From positions 49,910,001 through 49,974,000 of the forward strand of contig NC_042999.1 of NCBI RefSeq assembly GCF_006345805.1: 64,000 nucleotides of DNA. The letters are read 5' to 3'. Below are positions 1 to 14,340 of this stretch, one piece after another; positions within the stretch are counted from its first letter, which is position 1, and the number at the start of each line of letters is the position of its first letter. The stretch is from Octopus sinensis (Eukaryota). The position numbers were made by a program, and so were the translations under genes. The notes beneath the pieces are model-generated. The model was not told the origin of the DNA. It saw nothing but the letters and a program-made list of their open reading frames with translations, and searched no databases.

Positions 1-100
1 GTATATATATGTATATATATATGTATATATATATATATATGTATATATGTATATATATATGTATATAATATGTATATATAATTATATTATGTTATATGTA

Positions 101-138
<38 letters not shown>

Positions 139-666
139 TATATATATGTATATATATAATATATATGTATATATGTATATAGTGATATGTATATATATAT
201 TATATAATATATATGTATATATATGTATATATGTATATATATAATATAATATGTATATATATGTATTATATATATATATATGTATATATATGTATATATG
301 TATATTATATATATATATGTATATAATGATATATCTATGTATATATATATATATATGTATATATATGTATATATATATATATATATGTATATATATGTAT
401 ATATATATATGTATATATGTGTATATACGTATATATATGTATATATATAATATATATGTATATATATGTATATATATATATATGTATATAATGTAATATA
501 TGTATATATATGTTATATATATATATATGTATATATATGTATATATATGTATATATATATTATGTATATATATGTATATATATATATATATGTATATATA
601 TGTATATATATGTATATATGTATATATGTATATATATGTATATATATATATATATGGTATATAATG

Positions 667-697
<31 letters not shown>

Positions 698-1199
698 GTA
701 TATATATATGTATATATATATGTATGTATATATATATATGTATAATATATATATATATATATGTATGTATATATATATATGTATATATATATATGTATAT
801 ATATATATATGATATATATATATATGTATATATATATAATGTATATGTTATTATATATGTATATATATATATGTGTATATATATATGTATATGTATATAT
901 GTATATGTATATATATATATGTATATGTAGATATGTATATGTATATATATATGTATATATATATATGTTATATATATATGTATATATATATATGTATAAT
1001 ATATATGTATATTATATATGTATTATATATATATGTATATGTATATATATGTATATGTATATATATGTATATATATATATGTATATATATGTATATGTAT
1101 ATATATGTATATATATATGTTATATATGTATATGTATATATGTAATATATGTATATATATATGTATATATATGTATATATATATATGTATATATGTATA

Positions 1200-1244
<45 letters not shown>

Positions 1245-1382
1245 GTTATATATATCTATGTATATTATATATGTATATATATATATGTATATATATATAT
1301 GTATATATATTATGTATATATATATATGTATATATAATATGTATATATATATATGTATATATATATATGTATATAATGTATG

Positions 1383-1415
<33 letters not shown>

Positions 1416-1714
1416 TATGTATGTATATATATGTATATATATATATATGTATATATATATATGATAATATATATATGTATATTATATGTATATATATATA
1501 TGTATATATATATATGTATATATATATATGTATATATATATATGTATATATATATATGTATATATATATATATGTATATATATATATGTATATAATATAT
1601 GTATATATATATATGTATAATTATATGTATATATATATATATGTATATGTGTATATGTATATATGTATGTATATGTTATATATATATGTATATGTGTATA
1701 TGTATATATGTATG

Positions 1715-1747
<33 letters not shown>

Positions 1748-1786
1748 GTATATATATGTATGTATACATATGTATGTATGTATATG

Positions 1787-1873
<87 letters not shown>

Positions 1874-2270
1874 GTATATATATATGTATATATATATGTA
1901 TATATATATATGTATATATGTATATGTATATATGTATATGTATATATGTATATGTATATATGTATATGTATATATGTATATGTATATATGTATATATATA
2001 TATGTATATATATATGTATATATATATGCATATATGCATATGTATTATATATATTATATATATGTATTATGTATATATTATATATGTATATATATGTATA
2101 TATTATATGTATATATATATGTATATATATATGTATATATATATGTATATATATATGTATATATATTATGTATATATGTATATGTAATATGTATATGTTA
2201 TATGTATATATATATATGTATGTATATATAGTATGTATTGTATTATGTATATATATGTATATATATGTAT

Positions 2271-2304
<34 letters not shown>

Positions 2305-2395
2305 GTATGTATATATATATATATGTATATATATATATGTATATATATATTATGTATATATATATATGTATATATATTATGTATATATATATATG

Positions 2396-2446
<51 letters not shown>

Positions 2447-2447
2447 G

Positions 2448-2498
<51 letters not shown>

Positions 2499-2638
2499 GT
2501 ATAATATATTATATGTATATATAATTATATATGTATATATATATATATGTATATAATATATATGTATATATATATATATGTAATATATATATATGTATAT
2601 ATATATGTATATGTATATATATGTATATATAATATATG

Positions 2639-2669
<31 letters not shown>

Positions 2670-2682
2670 GTATATATATATG

Positions 2683-2713
<31 letters not shown>

Positions 2714-2950
2714 GATATATATATATATGTATATATGTATATATATATATATGTATATATTATATATAATATATATATGTATATATATATGTATATATAT
2801 ATGTTATATATATATATGTATATATATATATTATATATATATATGATATATAATGTATATATATATGTATATATATATATATGTATATATATATATAGTA
2901 TATGTATATATATATGTATATGTATATATATGTATATGTATATATATATG

Positions 2951-3015
<65 letters not shown>

Positions 3016-3193
3016 GTATATATTATATATGTTATGTGTATATATATATATGTGTATATGTATATATATGTATATGTATATATATGTATATATATATTGT
3101 ATAATATATATATGTATATATATATATTATGTATATATATATATATATATATGTATATGTATATATAATGTATATGTATATATTATATATATG

Positions 3194-3264
<71 letters not shown>

Positions 3265-3269
3265 TAATG

Positions 3270-3303
<34 letters not shown>

Positions 3304-3913
3304 GTATATTATATATATATATGTATATATATATATATGTGTATATATATATATATGTGTATATATATATATATATATGTTGTATATATATATATATATT
3401 ATGTATATATATATATATATGTATATATATGTATGTATATATGTGTATATATGTATATATATGTATGTATATATGTATATATATGTATGTATATGTATAT
3501 ATATGTATGTATATGTATATATTATATATGTATATAGTATATAATATATATGTATATATATATATGTATATATATATATGATATATTATATATGTATATA
3601 TATATATGTATATATATATATGTATATATATATGTATATATATATATTATATGTATATATATGTATATATATATATGTATATTATGTATATATATATATA
3701 TGTATATATATGTATATATATATATGTATATATAATATATGTATATATAATATGTATATATATATATGTATATGTATATATGTATGTGTTATATTATGTG
3801 TATATATATATGTATGTATATATATGTGTTATATATATGTATATATATATATGTATATATATATATAGTATATATATTATAGATATTGTATATAATATAT
3901 ATGTATATATATG

Positions 3914-3947
<34 letters not shown>

Positions 3948-4020
3948 TGATATATATATATATGTATATATGTATATATATATATGTATATATATATAGT
4001 ATAATCTATGTATATATATG

Positions 4021-4055
<35 letters not shown>

Positions 4056-5320
4056 GTATATATATGTTATATATATATATGTATATATATGTATATATAT
4101 ATGTATATATATGTATATATATATGTATATATAATGTATATATATGTATATATATATGTATATATATGTATATATATATAGTATATATATGTATATATAT
4201 GTATATATATATATGTATTATATATGTATATATATATGGTATATTATATATGATATATATATGTATATATATATATGTATATATATATGTATATATATAT
4301 ATGTATATATATGTGTATATATATATGTATATATATATGTGTATAATATATGTATATATATATGTATATATATATGTATATATATATGTATATTATATTA
4401 TATATATATGTATATATATATGTATATATATTGCATATGTATATATGTATATGTATATATGTATATATATATATGTATATATTATGTGTATATATATATG
4501 TATATATATATGTATATATATATGTATATTATATGTGTATATTGTGTTATATATGTGTGTATATATATGTGTATATATATGTGTGTATATATATGTGTGT
4601 ATATATATGTGTGATATATATGTGTGTATATATATGTGTGATATATGTGTGTATATATATGTGTGTAATATAATGTGTATATATATGTATTATATATATA
4701 TATGTGTATATATATATATGTATATATGTATATATGTATATATAATGTATATATATATATGTATATATGTATATTATATATGTATATATATGTATATTAT
4801 ATATATGTATATATATATGTATATATATATATGTATATATATATATGTATATATGTATATATGTATATGTATATATGTATATGTATATATGTATATGTAT
4901 ATGTATATATATATGTATATGTATATATATATGTATATGTATATATATATGTATATGTATATATGTATATATATATGTATATATGTATATATATATATTA
5001 TATGTATATGTATAATGTTATATATATATGTATAATATATATGTATATATATATGTATTATATATATGTATATATTATATGTATATATATATGTATATAT
5101 ATATATGTATATATATATAGTATATATATATATGTATATATATATATGTATGTATTATGTATATATATATATGTATGTTATATATATGTATATATATATA
5201 TGTATATATATATATGTATATATATATATGTATATATATATTGTATATATGTATATATATGTATATGATATGTATATATGATATATATATATGTATATAT
5301 ATAGTTATATATATATATGT

Positions 5321-5360
<40 letters not shown>

Positions 5361-5475
5361 GTATATATGTATATATGTATATAGATGTATATATCTATAG
5401 TATAATATATATGTATGTTATATATATGTATATATGTATATGTATATATGTAATAGTATATGCTATGTATATATG

Positions 5476-5508
<33 letters not shown>

Positions 5509-5529
5509 GTATATATATATGTATATATG

Positions 5530-5560
<31 letters not shown>

Positions 5561-5673
5561 GTATATATATATGTATATATATATATGTATATATATATAT
5601 GTATATATATATGTTATATATATATGTATATATGTATATATATATGTATAATATATATATATATATATATATA
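1..5673. repeat. Very long low-complexity (TA)n/(TATG)n microsatellite tract
   Basis: Alternating AT with G interruptions (e.g. ATATATATGT) and almost no C on the + strand. It generates all the Y/I/M/V/C ORFs in the track. Confidence 0.98.
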
Positions 5674-6156
5674 GGAGTGTATCTATATTCATATGTGTGT
5701 GTAGGGGAGTAAATGTAAGGATAAGCAAGTATGTATGTATACATATAACATGTGTATGTTTGTATATACATATAGACACACACACACATGCACCAAGTTC
5801 TTTTCTTTCAAATGCAATTAAAGAGATTTATATAAAAAAATATAGTACAGTAGAAGATGAAATTACACTTCCTTAAACTTCATTTCTTAATTGGTAATAA
5901 CAAAGAACACATTGACTATTATGGTAGCTTTCCTTGTTATTTTAGAATTTGGTTTGCTTCATACAAAAGCTGAACGGTTTTCTTCAAATTCAATCAGATA
6001 ATATAATAATACACCTGATCATAATTAAAAAATTTCATGGATGCATTGCCTACCTGAAAGGAGAGTTTGAGTGCTGAGAACATCTTTCAATTTAAGCTTC
6101 TTTTACTGTATGTCTGTATTTATTTTTGAGAAGAAAATACAAAATAATGTCATTAC

Positions 6157-6288
6157 CTCAGCAACAGTTTCATTTTCTCGTAGAATAGATAGTTTCCCTG
6201 GAATAGGGCTTCGCATGTTGAAAAGTACCAAAGCAAAATGATGTATGCTCTTGATATTCAGCTTTTCTTGTAGAGAGTTGATAACATC
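6157..6288 (-). CDS. FRMPD4: Internal coding exon of the FRMPD4-like gene (FERM F1 lobe)
   Basis: Acceptor aattttcag, donor gtaatg, 132 nt, phase 0-0. Translates to DVINSLQEKLNIKSIHHFALVLFNMRSPIPGKLSILRENETVAE, matching FRMPD4 [24 protein letters not shown]...LLLLHEQETLTQ, in frame with the previous exon. Confidence 0.93.
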
Positions 6289-7145
6289 CTGAAAATTTAT
6301 TAAAAGTGTGTTTATTTAATGAGATTTACAATAACAGCAATAAATGTATTATTAAATACACTGATTAAAAAATAAAATATTCAATATACATGCAAAAAAA
6401 AAAACCTGTATGGAATATTTTCTGTAGCTTAATTCATTTTCATCTTTATACTCTCAACTACCACAGCTAATTTCATCATCACTACCATTGTCAATATTTT
6501 CTACTCCCTTATTATGTCTTAGGCCCTGCTTTTTATTCTGTAGAAATTAAAATAGTTCTCTCACTCTACAGATATCGAACATGTAGTCTCAAATCTTCAA
6601 TAACCTTTCTTGAGTTTTGATTGAGAAGAAAAAAAAAAGGAAAAATAACAGGTGCAGGCATGGCTGTGTGGCTAAAAATCTCATTTTGCATCTACGTGAT
6701 TTTGGGTTCAATTTCACTGCACAGCACTTTGTGCAAGTGTCTTTTTTATTTATTTTTTTTGCGCCCTTTTCAAGCCTATGTTCCCATAGCTTAGTGATTT
6801 CACCAGAGAGACTAATAAAGTTAGAAGGAAACATTAAAAATAAGTACTTTGGGTAATTTTTTTAAAACTAAACCCTTCAAGACAGTGCCCCAGTATGGCT
6901 GCAATCCAATGACTAAAACCTGGAAAACATGAAAATTCAAGTGCAGATAGGTAAAAGGATAAGGGACTGTAAATACTTTCTAAACCTGGAACATTGAGAT
7001 TCATATTGTTATAGATATGAAACAATTTCTGTAACTTTATGAGAGATTCTCTTTTGAAAATCCTGTCAACAATATACAAAATTTTCCCAAAACACTACAA
7101 TGAATTAATGAAGGCACAGAGCAGAGCCCTGGTGAACACCTGTCT

Positions 7146-7870
7146 ATATATACTACATTTAGCATTTAAACCAGACCAAATATTCTACCTGTTTTATGTT
7201 CAAACCAACCAGATCTAGCCTCTCACACCTATCCTGTAATGTCATTCTAAAATAAACACCAACATCATCAATATCTCACATCCACAAGATAATGCAAGAT
7301 TAATTCAAACCAATTAATTCATTAAAGATGAAAGGGAGGGTCTATAAATGTTGTGTGAGAGCTGAAATGCTGTATGGGAGTGAGACATGGTGTCTGAAGG
7401 AGGGAGATGGTAATTTTGAGAAGGACAGAGAGAGCAATGGTAAGAGAAATGTGTGGGGTGAAGCTGTTTGATAAGAGGAGGACTGAGGATTTGATGGGAA
7501 TGCTGGGGTTGGAGGAATCGGTGGAATGGTTGGGTGAATGGAGTGAGGTGGTATAGGCATGTGTTGAGGAGGGATGAAGAGCATGTTCTGAGGAGGGTGA
7601 TTGCATTTGAGGTAAATGGAGTATGAAAGCGAGGTAGACTGGGGAAAAAGTGGAGGGGACAGGGGAGGAGGAAATTGGGAGGGTTGGTTGGAAAAAGGAG
7701 GATGCCTAAAACCGGGCAAGATGGTGCGAGGGCGGTTGCTACGGCATTGATGTAAATCTGGCCACCCTGGTTAACAGGGACAAACCCAAGACTTAAAACA
7801 CTGGATGATGATGATGTATGTGAATAAATAAGCATTACATTTGACAGTAAAATCAATGCTAAAGGGTTAA
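7146..7870. mobile_element. piggyBac-like MITE (degenerate left end, right end atgctaaaggg|TTAA) carrying an RTE 3' insertion
   Basis: The right terminus aaagggTTAA matches the TIR type of the MITE at 17776. The left end acatttagcatttaaacc resembles the complementary terminus. Confidence 0.6.
7318..7818 (+). mobile_element. RTE-clade LINE, 3' fragment (decayed)
   Basis: Frameshifted translation KGRVYKCCVRAEMLYGSETWCL...RWYRHVLRRDEEHVLRRVIAFEVNG, ending in a (GAT)n tail. Confidence 0.85.
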
Positions 7871-7960
7871 TACTTTCTGTTACTGAAAGAAAGAGAAAAA
7901 TTCAGATTTTAGAAATGTTTCTGCAACTTTTTGGATCACAAACTGTTTCAGATGCAATAC

Positions 7961-8192
7961 CTATTTCTTTACTACCCACAAGGTGCTAAACACAGAGAGG
8001 ACAAACAAGGACAGACAAACAGATTAAGTCAATTATATTGACCCCAGTGCGTAACTGGTACTTAATTTATCGACCCCGAAAGGATGAAAGGCAAAGTCGA
8101 CCTCGGCAGAATTTGAACTCAGAACGTAGCGGCAGACGAAATATGGCTATGAATTTCGCCCGGCATGCTAACGTTTCTGCCAGCTCGCCGCC
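7961..8192 (-). mobile_element. tRNA-derived SINE, family A (ggcggcgagctggcag...aaagaaatag)
   Basis: A-box-like 5' end and B box gagttcaaattc. About 15 related copies occur in the window, e.g. 10991-11220(+), 14630-14860(-), 41570-41760(+), 48885-49090(+). Confidence 0.85.
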
Positions 8193-9454
8193 TACTATTA
8201 TTGCTTCTCACACTGACTATCTAACATTTTCTTCACTATTATTTGTCATCCAGGGTCAGGCAAGATATCAGTGGGACTGAACTGAAAACCATGTGGTAAG
8301 AAAGCACACTTTTTACTCACACACTTATGCCTGTACTTTGAAGTTGCACAGTTACTGATAAAACTCCAAGCATTGTTGAAATGTGCATATACAGCTGTTC
8401 CTTCTTTTCCTGACTGTAAACATACATTGTGTGTGTGTGTGTGTGTGTTTGCATATAAAAATATTTTCACTGAATTTTTAACCTCTTCCTTTTCCCCTTA
8501 ACGTTTTTATCCACATTATCGCAACTGCCACCAACACCACCTACCTCATCACAACCCTTACCGTCAATGTCTACATCTTTTGACTAAAAAATACAATTGA
8601 AGCACAAGAGGAGTAGAAGAGTTGGGTTATGTTAATGCATTCTGTTATCCAAAGAAAGAAGTTTTCAGATTTGAAATTTCTGCAATTTTTTTGACAGATT
8701 CTGTTTTGAAAATCAGATAAAAAATATACAGAAGTTCCCAAGAACAATAAGTTTTGAACTCCTGTGGTGTATAACATCTATTCATTCTCAATATGTTCTG
8801 GCAGAATCAAATGTGTATATCTGATCGCTATTCTGTTTTGTTTATTGTTCTTTCCTTTGGGTATTGGAGAACATCACCACGTTTTAGAAGATGTAAGTCC
8901 ATAACATAAGAAGTTAACTGGTGTATCACATGTGTTATGAATACACGTTTTCTAAAGGGAGGAAATATTTCCTGATGATGCAAATCAACGTTGATCAAAT
9001 ATTCAAGATCGAATCTGCCAGAATATTTTGAGAGTGAATCTTTCGTCTTTTGTCTTTCACTTGTTTCAGTTATTTGACTGTAGCCATGCTGGGGCACCAC
9101 TTCGAAGTGCTTTAGCTGAACAAGTTGACCCCAGGACTTTTTGTTTTTTTCAGCCTGGTACTTATTCTATCAGTCTCGTTTTGCTGAGAACTGCTATGTT
9201 ATGAGGATGTAAACATGCCAACACCATTTGTCAGGCAGGGACAGGGGACAAACACAAGCATAATGGTATGATAGTTCGGTAACCACTACACACATTTTTT
9301 TCTCTCCTTGTTTCTTTCTGTGTTCCTTTCTGTGGAAGAGCGTAGGCTCGAAACATTAAAAACTTTTTCAATTCTCAAGCATTATACTAATACATCTGTT
9401 TGTTTTCTACACCAGCTGTCTTTGTCTTTTGTTTTTTTCGTGAATTCTCCCCAC

Positions 9455-9501
<47 letters not shown>

Positions 9502-11393
9502 TATATATTCACGATGGGCTTCTTCCGGTTCCTGTCTACCAAATCCATTCACAGGGCTTTGGTCAGCCCAAGGTGATGTCCAAAGTGCCATGCAATGGAA
9601 CTAAACCAGGAACCATGTGATTGGGAAGCAAGCTTCTTACTGTTTCTGAATGTACCTCATGAATTATTATCCTGAGATGGGAATTTAAAAAAATAAAAAT
9701 TATAATGGATATATAAAGTTTCAGGAAGATTCCTGATAAACACACATATAGCAAATCTCTCACTGAACTTCACAGCTAATATTAACTTTCTTAACACCAT
9801 TCTCATATATGGCTTGTACAGCATTCATGACGTAATCACCTGTACCTAGTTACATTTATACCCACCTGGCTACTGTGACACTGTAAAAGATCTTGTCTTG
9901 TTTTACAGCTGCAAAAAATAGAGTGATGCCTTTGCAGCTAAGAATTTTCCTTGCAATCTCATTAAAAATTTGGAATCTCTGCATCTGTGTATGGACACAA
10001 ACCCAAACTATCATACCATAATTAATCTAGATCAGATTGTACTGAAATATTCTCATTGCAAAAAATCAAAAAAATCAACATATTGATCAAAATGATAAGA
10101 GAGAAGTATCATAATTAAAAATGATGTTGATTTAAATATTATTTCAGTTATCCCAAGAAATTGGTACAGCCAATGTTTTGATTTTCTTCAAAAGCAACAC
10201 ATCATTTTGATGTTTGTTATTTTTTTTTGGCTTTATTACAGTATTAGTTTCTTTATATTTCTTTAAAGAAATCATTTTGTTGTATGTTCATTGATTAACT
10301 AAACATGTTACTTATTGACTTGCCTCTATCCAAAGACAAACAGACAGAAAATTGCATGCACACACTCACACACACAAAGACACTCACTCACACATACAAA
10401 GACACACACACGATCACCCAGAGGTGATTTCCAATAAATTTGTTCAGGGAGGAAGGTCTGCTAGATTTTATATGAAATCTGAATTCAAAAGATTTAGTTG
10501 TTTATTTTTTTGTTTGTATTTTCTCATTTTTTGTTTCATGAAATTTTTATGCATCAATGTTTTGTGTTAATTTTGTTTCTGCTTGATTAATTTTTTGGTG
10601 AGTTTAATTAAAGACCGTTAAATTTCTTTGGAGATAAATTTACTGAGGTTTCTTCTTTTTTTTTTTTCCTGGCTTAAAGCAAATATTATGAAGGAATAGA
10701 TAAGCAGTCAAGCCATTGGTCAAAAGATCACAATTTCAAATATTAACATAGATATTATATTGTATTCCAATAAAAAGAGCACATCACCTGCCTCTGTAAA
10801 AACATCTCGAAAATACTTGTAATTTTACCAAAATGCGTTAAAATTAAAATGGTAAAGGAGTATTAGCAGGGCTGAGTTTACACACTACACAGACTAGATG
10901 ATTATCAGGGGTACTAAAATCAGGGTCCCACAAATAACCAATACAAAATTTCTTCATCCAATCAAAAACACAAACATATACTAATAGGAAGTGGCAAACT
11001 GGCAGAAACATTAGCGCACCGGGCGAAATGCTTAGCGGTATTTCGTCTGCCATTACGTTCTGAGTTCAAATTCTACCGAGGTTGACTTTGCCTTTCATCC
11101 TTTCGGGGTTGATAAATTAAGTACCAGTTACGCACTGGGGTCAATGTAATTGACTTAATCCGTTTGTCTGTCCTTGTTTGTCCCCTCTATGTTTAGCCCC
11201 TTGTGGACAATAAAGAAATAACAAACATTTACTTATAGAGTGAACACATGAGATCACTTTTAGAAAAATGAAGGGTGGAAGACATGGGTGAGTGGAGAGA
11301 GGTTCATGCAGTCAAACAGTCACATGATTTGGCATGGAATATTTCAAACTTTGCCCAGTAACAGTGACATGAATGATCATAAATCATGTATAT

Positions 11394-12075
11394 ATATACT
11401 ACATTTAGCATTTAAACCAGACCAAATATTCTACCTGTTTTATGTTCAAACCAACCAGATCTAGCCTCTCACACCTATCCTGAAATGTCATTCTAAAATG
11501 AACACCAACATCATCAATATCTCACATCTACAAGATAATGCAAGATTAATTCAAACCAATTAATTCATTAAAGATGAAGGGAAGGGTCTATAAATGTTGT
11601 GTGAGAGCTGAAATGCTGTATGGGAGTGAGACATGGTGTCTGAAGGAGAGAGATGGTAATTTTGAGAAGGACGGAGAGAGCAATGGTGTGAGAAATGTGT
11701 GGGGTGAAGCTGTTTGATAAGAGGAGGACTGAGGATTTGATGGGAATGCTGGGGTTGGAGGAATCGGTGGAATGGTTGGGCGAATGGAGTGAGGTGGTAT
11801 AGGCATGTGTTGAGGAGGGATGAAGAGCATGTTCTGAGGAGGGTGATTGCATTTGAGGTAAATGCCACATGAAAGCGAGGTTGACTGAGGAAAAAGTTGA
11901 GGGGACTGGTGGAAGAGAAGACTGGAAGGGTTGGTTGGAAAAAGGAGGATGCCCAAAACCGAGCGAGATGGTGCGAGGGTGGTTGCTATGGCATTGAGAT
12001 AGATCTGGCCACCCCGGTTAACAGGGACAAAACCCAGATTTAAAACACTGGATGATGATGATGTATGTGAATAAA
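11394..12075 (+). mobile_element. Second copy of the MITE-left-end plus RTE 3' composite
   Basis: Roughly 85-90% identical by eye to 7146-7830, with the same MITE/RTE junction and (GAT)n tail. Confidence 0.85.
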
Positions 12076-12809
12076 TGGAAATGCTGGGGTTGGAGGAATC
12101 GGTGGAATGATTGGGTGAATGGAGTGAGGTGGTATGAGAGATTCTGTTTTGAAAATCAGGTAAAAATTATACAGAAGTTCCCAAGAACAATAAGTCTTGA
12201 ACTCCTGTGGTGTATAACATCTATTTATTCTCAATATGTTCTGGCAGAATCAAATGTGAATATTACATGTTCACAAGTTAACTATAAGATTTTATTGCAT
12301 TTTCCAACTGGTGTAATGAGGGTGGTAGCTGGAAGATGTGGCAGGGAAATTGGAATAGGAGATACTCATTGTAGAACTAATGCACACTGCAGAACTAGAA
12401 GAAAGGCACATTGATGGCAGGGCTAGCCTAGGTTAGAGAACACCCTAGCTGAACACCATAGAACTAGCCCATATAACGGATGGATCATTAGCCTACCTGT
12501 ACAGGCAGCAGCAAAGAGAACAAACAACATTACAATTCATGAGGGATTGCCCATTTTCAAAAGCAAAGAATTCATTGATTACACTTATTGTTATTGTTGT
12601 TGCTGTGTAATCCCAGGTCAGCTGTGACTGAGCAGACCTGTCTGGTCCAAGGAATTCCAATATGACCATCAAACATCTTTGTTATCATCTTCATTTAACT
12701 CCATTTTCTATGCCGGCATGTGTTCAATGGTTTGACTGGAGCTGGTGAGCTAGAGAGCTGCACCATGCTCCAATCCATTTGGGTATGGACACATGGAAAC
12801 TCCGACATC

Positions 12810-13235
12810 TGGCAGCTAACTTGGCAGACACCCATAAAATTATCAACCATCTTACAAACAATAACTCTGAGCACCTTTTCGAACTCCACCCGTCTAACAC
12901 CCGTGGACATGTTTACAAAGTCAGAAAACAACACAGCTCCCATGACTTTAGGAAACATTTTTTCACGCTGAGAGTTGCTGAAGCATGGAACAAACTGCCG
13001 GCATCAGTTGTTAGTTGTCGGAGCACTGCATCCTTCAAAACTTCCATGCTTCCTGAGATTCGCCAACACGACACCCGATTTCCTCCCCTCCATACACACA
13101 CAAGCATGTATCTGACTCATACATTGTTCGCTTTCCAGACATTTGTACATTACTGCATATACTTTATACACACTTTCTGACAAGTTGTGGTGCACCTGAG
13201 CACTGTATACAATAATTTCATTATCATATTATTAT
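12810..13235 (+). mobile_element. CR1-clade LINE, 3' fragment
   Basis: ORF 12779-13180 contains LFELHPSNTRGHVYKVRKQ...RKHFFTLRVAEAWNKLPASVVS, the typical CR1 ORF2 C-terminus, followed by an (ATT)-rich tail. Confidence 0.85.
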
Positions 13236-13931
13236 TAATTAAAGATTGGAACTTATTTATGCAGCTTTCTATCACTAATGTGCCATTCCTTTAGAAAATA
13301 ATAGAATGTGATTTGAAGGAAGATTTGTTTCCTATTTCTTGCATGTCAAATAGTTAAATATACGATTCCTTGTCAGACTGTTTTCTTCTGAATGTCATTG
13401 GAAATGTGAAATAATTCTTAAATTATGGTCACAAGGGCTGAATTGACGTAGGGGCCTAGTCATTAACATTGGTCCCAGTGCTTAACTTGTACTTATTTCA
13501 TCAATGATAAACGTCAAAATCAACCTCAGTAGAATTTGAACTCAGAACAAAAAACTGGAAAGAAATGCTACTAAGTATAATGCACAGCATGCAAACAACT
13601 CTACCAGCTTTCCAATTTAAACAATGATAATAATAATGATAAAAATAATAATGATGATAGTGATAACAATAATAATAATGATAACGATATGTTGTGGCAG
13701 TGATAGCATTGTCAATTATTATATGTGTTCATGGGTCAGATGAAATTCATCAAGGCAGATTTTTCTACCATTGAAAGCTCTTCCAGTTACTAATCCTCAC
13801 CTGTTTCCTGGCAAGGTAACATTTCCTTCTTGTGAAGACATATTTTCATATATATATAGTTGCAAATAAACATCTAGCAAATATAATTCATAAGGTAAGG
13901 AAGGGCTGGCAGAAGACACTTGACCAATATA

Positions 13932-14340
13932 GGCGTAGGAGTGGCTGGGGGGTAAGTAGCTTGCTTAACAACCACATGGTTCCGGGTTCAGTCCCACTGC
14001 GTGGCACCTTGGGCAAGTGTCTTCTACTGTAGCCTCGGGCCAACCAAAGTCTTGTGAGTGGATTTGGTAGACGGAAACTGAAAGAAGCCCGTCGTGTATA
14101 TATATATATGCATGTGTGTTTCTATATGTTTGTGTGTCTGTGTTTGTCCCCCAAACATCGCTTGACAACTGATGCTGGTGTGTTTACATCCCTGTAACTT
14201 AGCGGTTCGGCAAAAGAGACCAATAGAATAAGTACTAGGCTTACAAAGAATAAGTTCTAGGGTCAATTAGCTCGACTAAAGGCGGTGCTCCAGCATGGCC
14301 ACAGTCAAATGACTGAAACAAGTAACAGAGTAAAAGAGTA
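13932..14340 (+). mobile_element. tRNA-derived SINE, family B (aggagtggctgtgtggtaag...gtaaaagagta, about 400 bp, internal TA/TG microsatellite)
   Basis: A box tggctgtgtgg and B box ggttcagtcc. Other copies: 35501-35943(+), 37571-37960(+), 44858-45266(+), 52751-53146(+), 52226-52612(-), 55588-55990(-), 58122-58533(-), plus degenerate copies at 9050-9620, 26615-26790, 40440-40865 and 53830-54160. Confidence 0.88.

Noticed and set aside
47-5789. Dozens of long ORFs (up to 514 aa) rich in Y/I/M/V/C or Y/I/H/T
   Set aside because: They are translations of the (TA)n/(TATG)n tract, which lacks stop codons by composition. There is no protein-like complexity.
12541-12575. Minus-strand FENGQ resembling the FERM motif LENGQ
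   Set aside because: The true exon is at 16397-16504, and this context lacks KVF/TKSF and splice sites.
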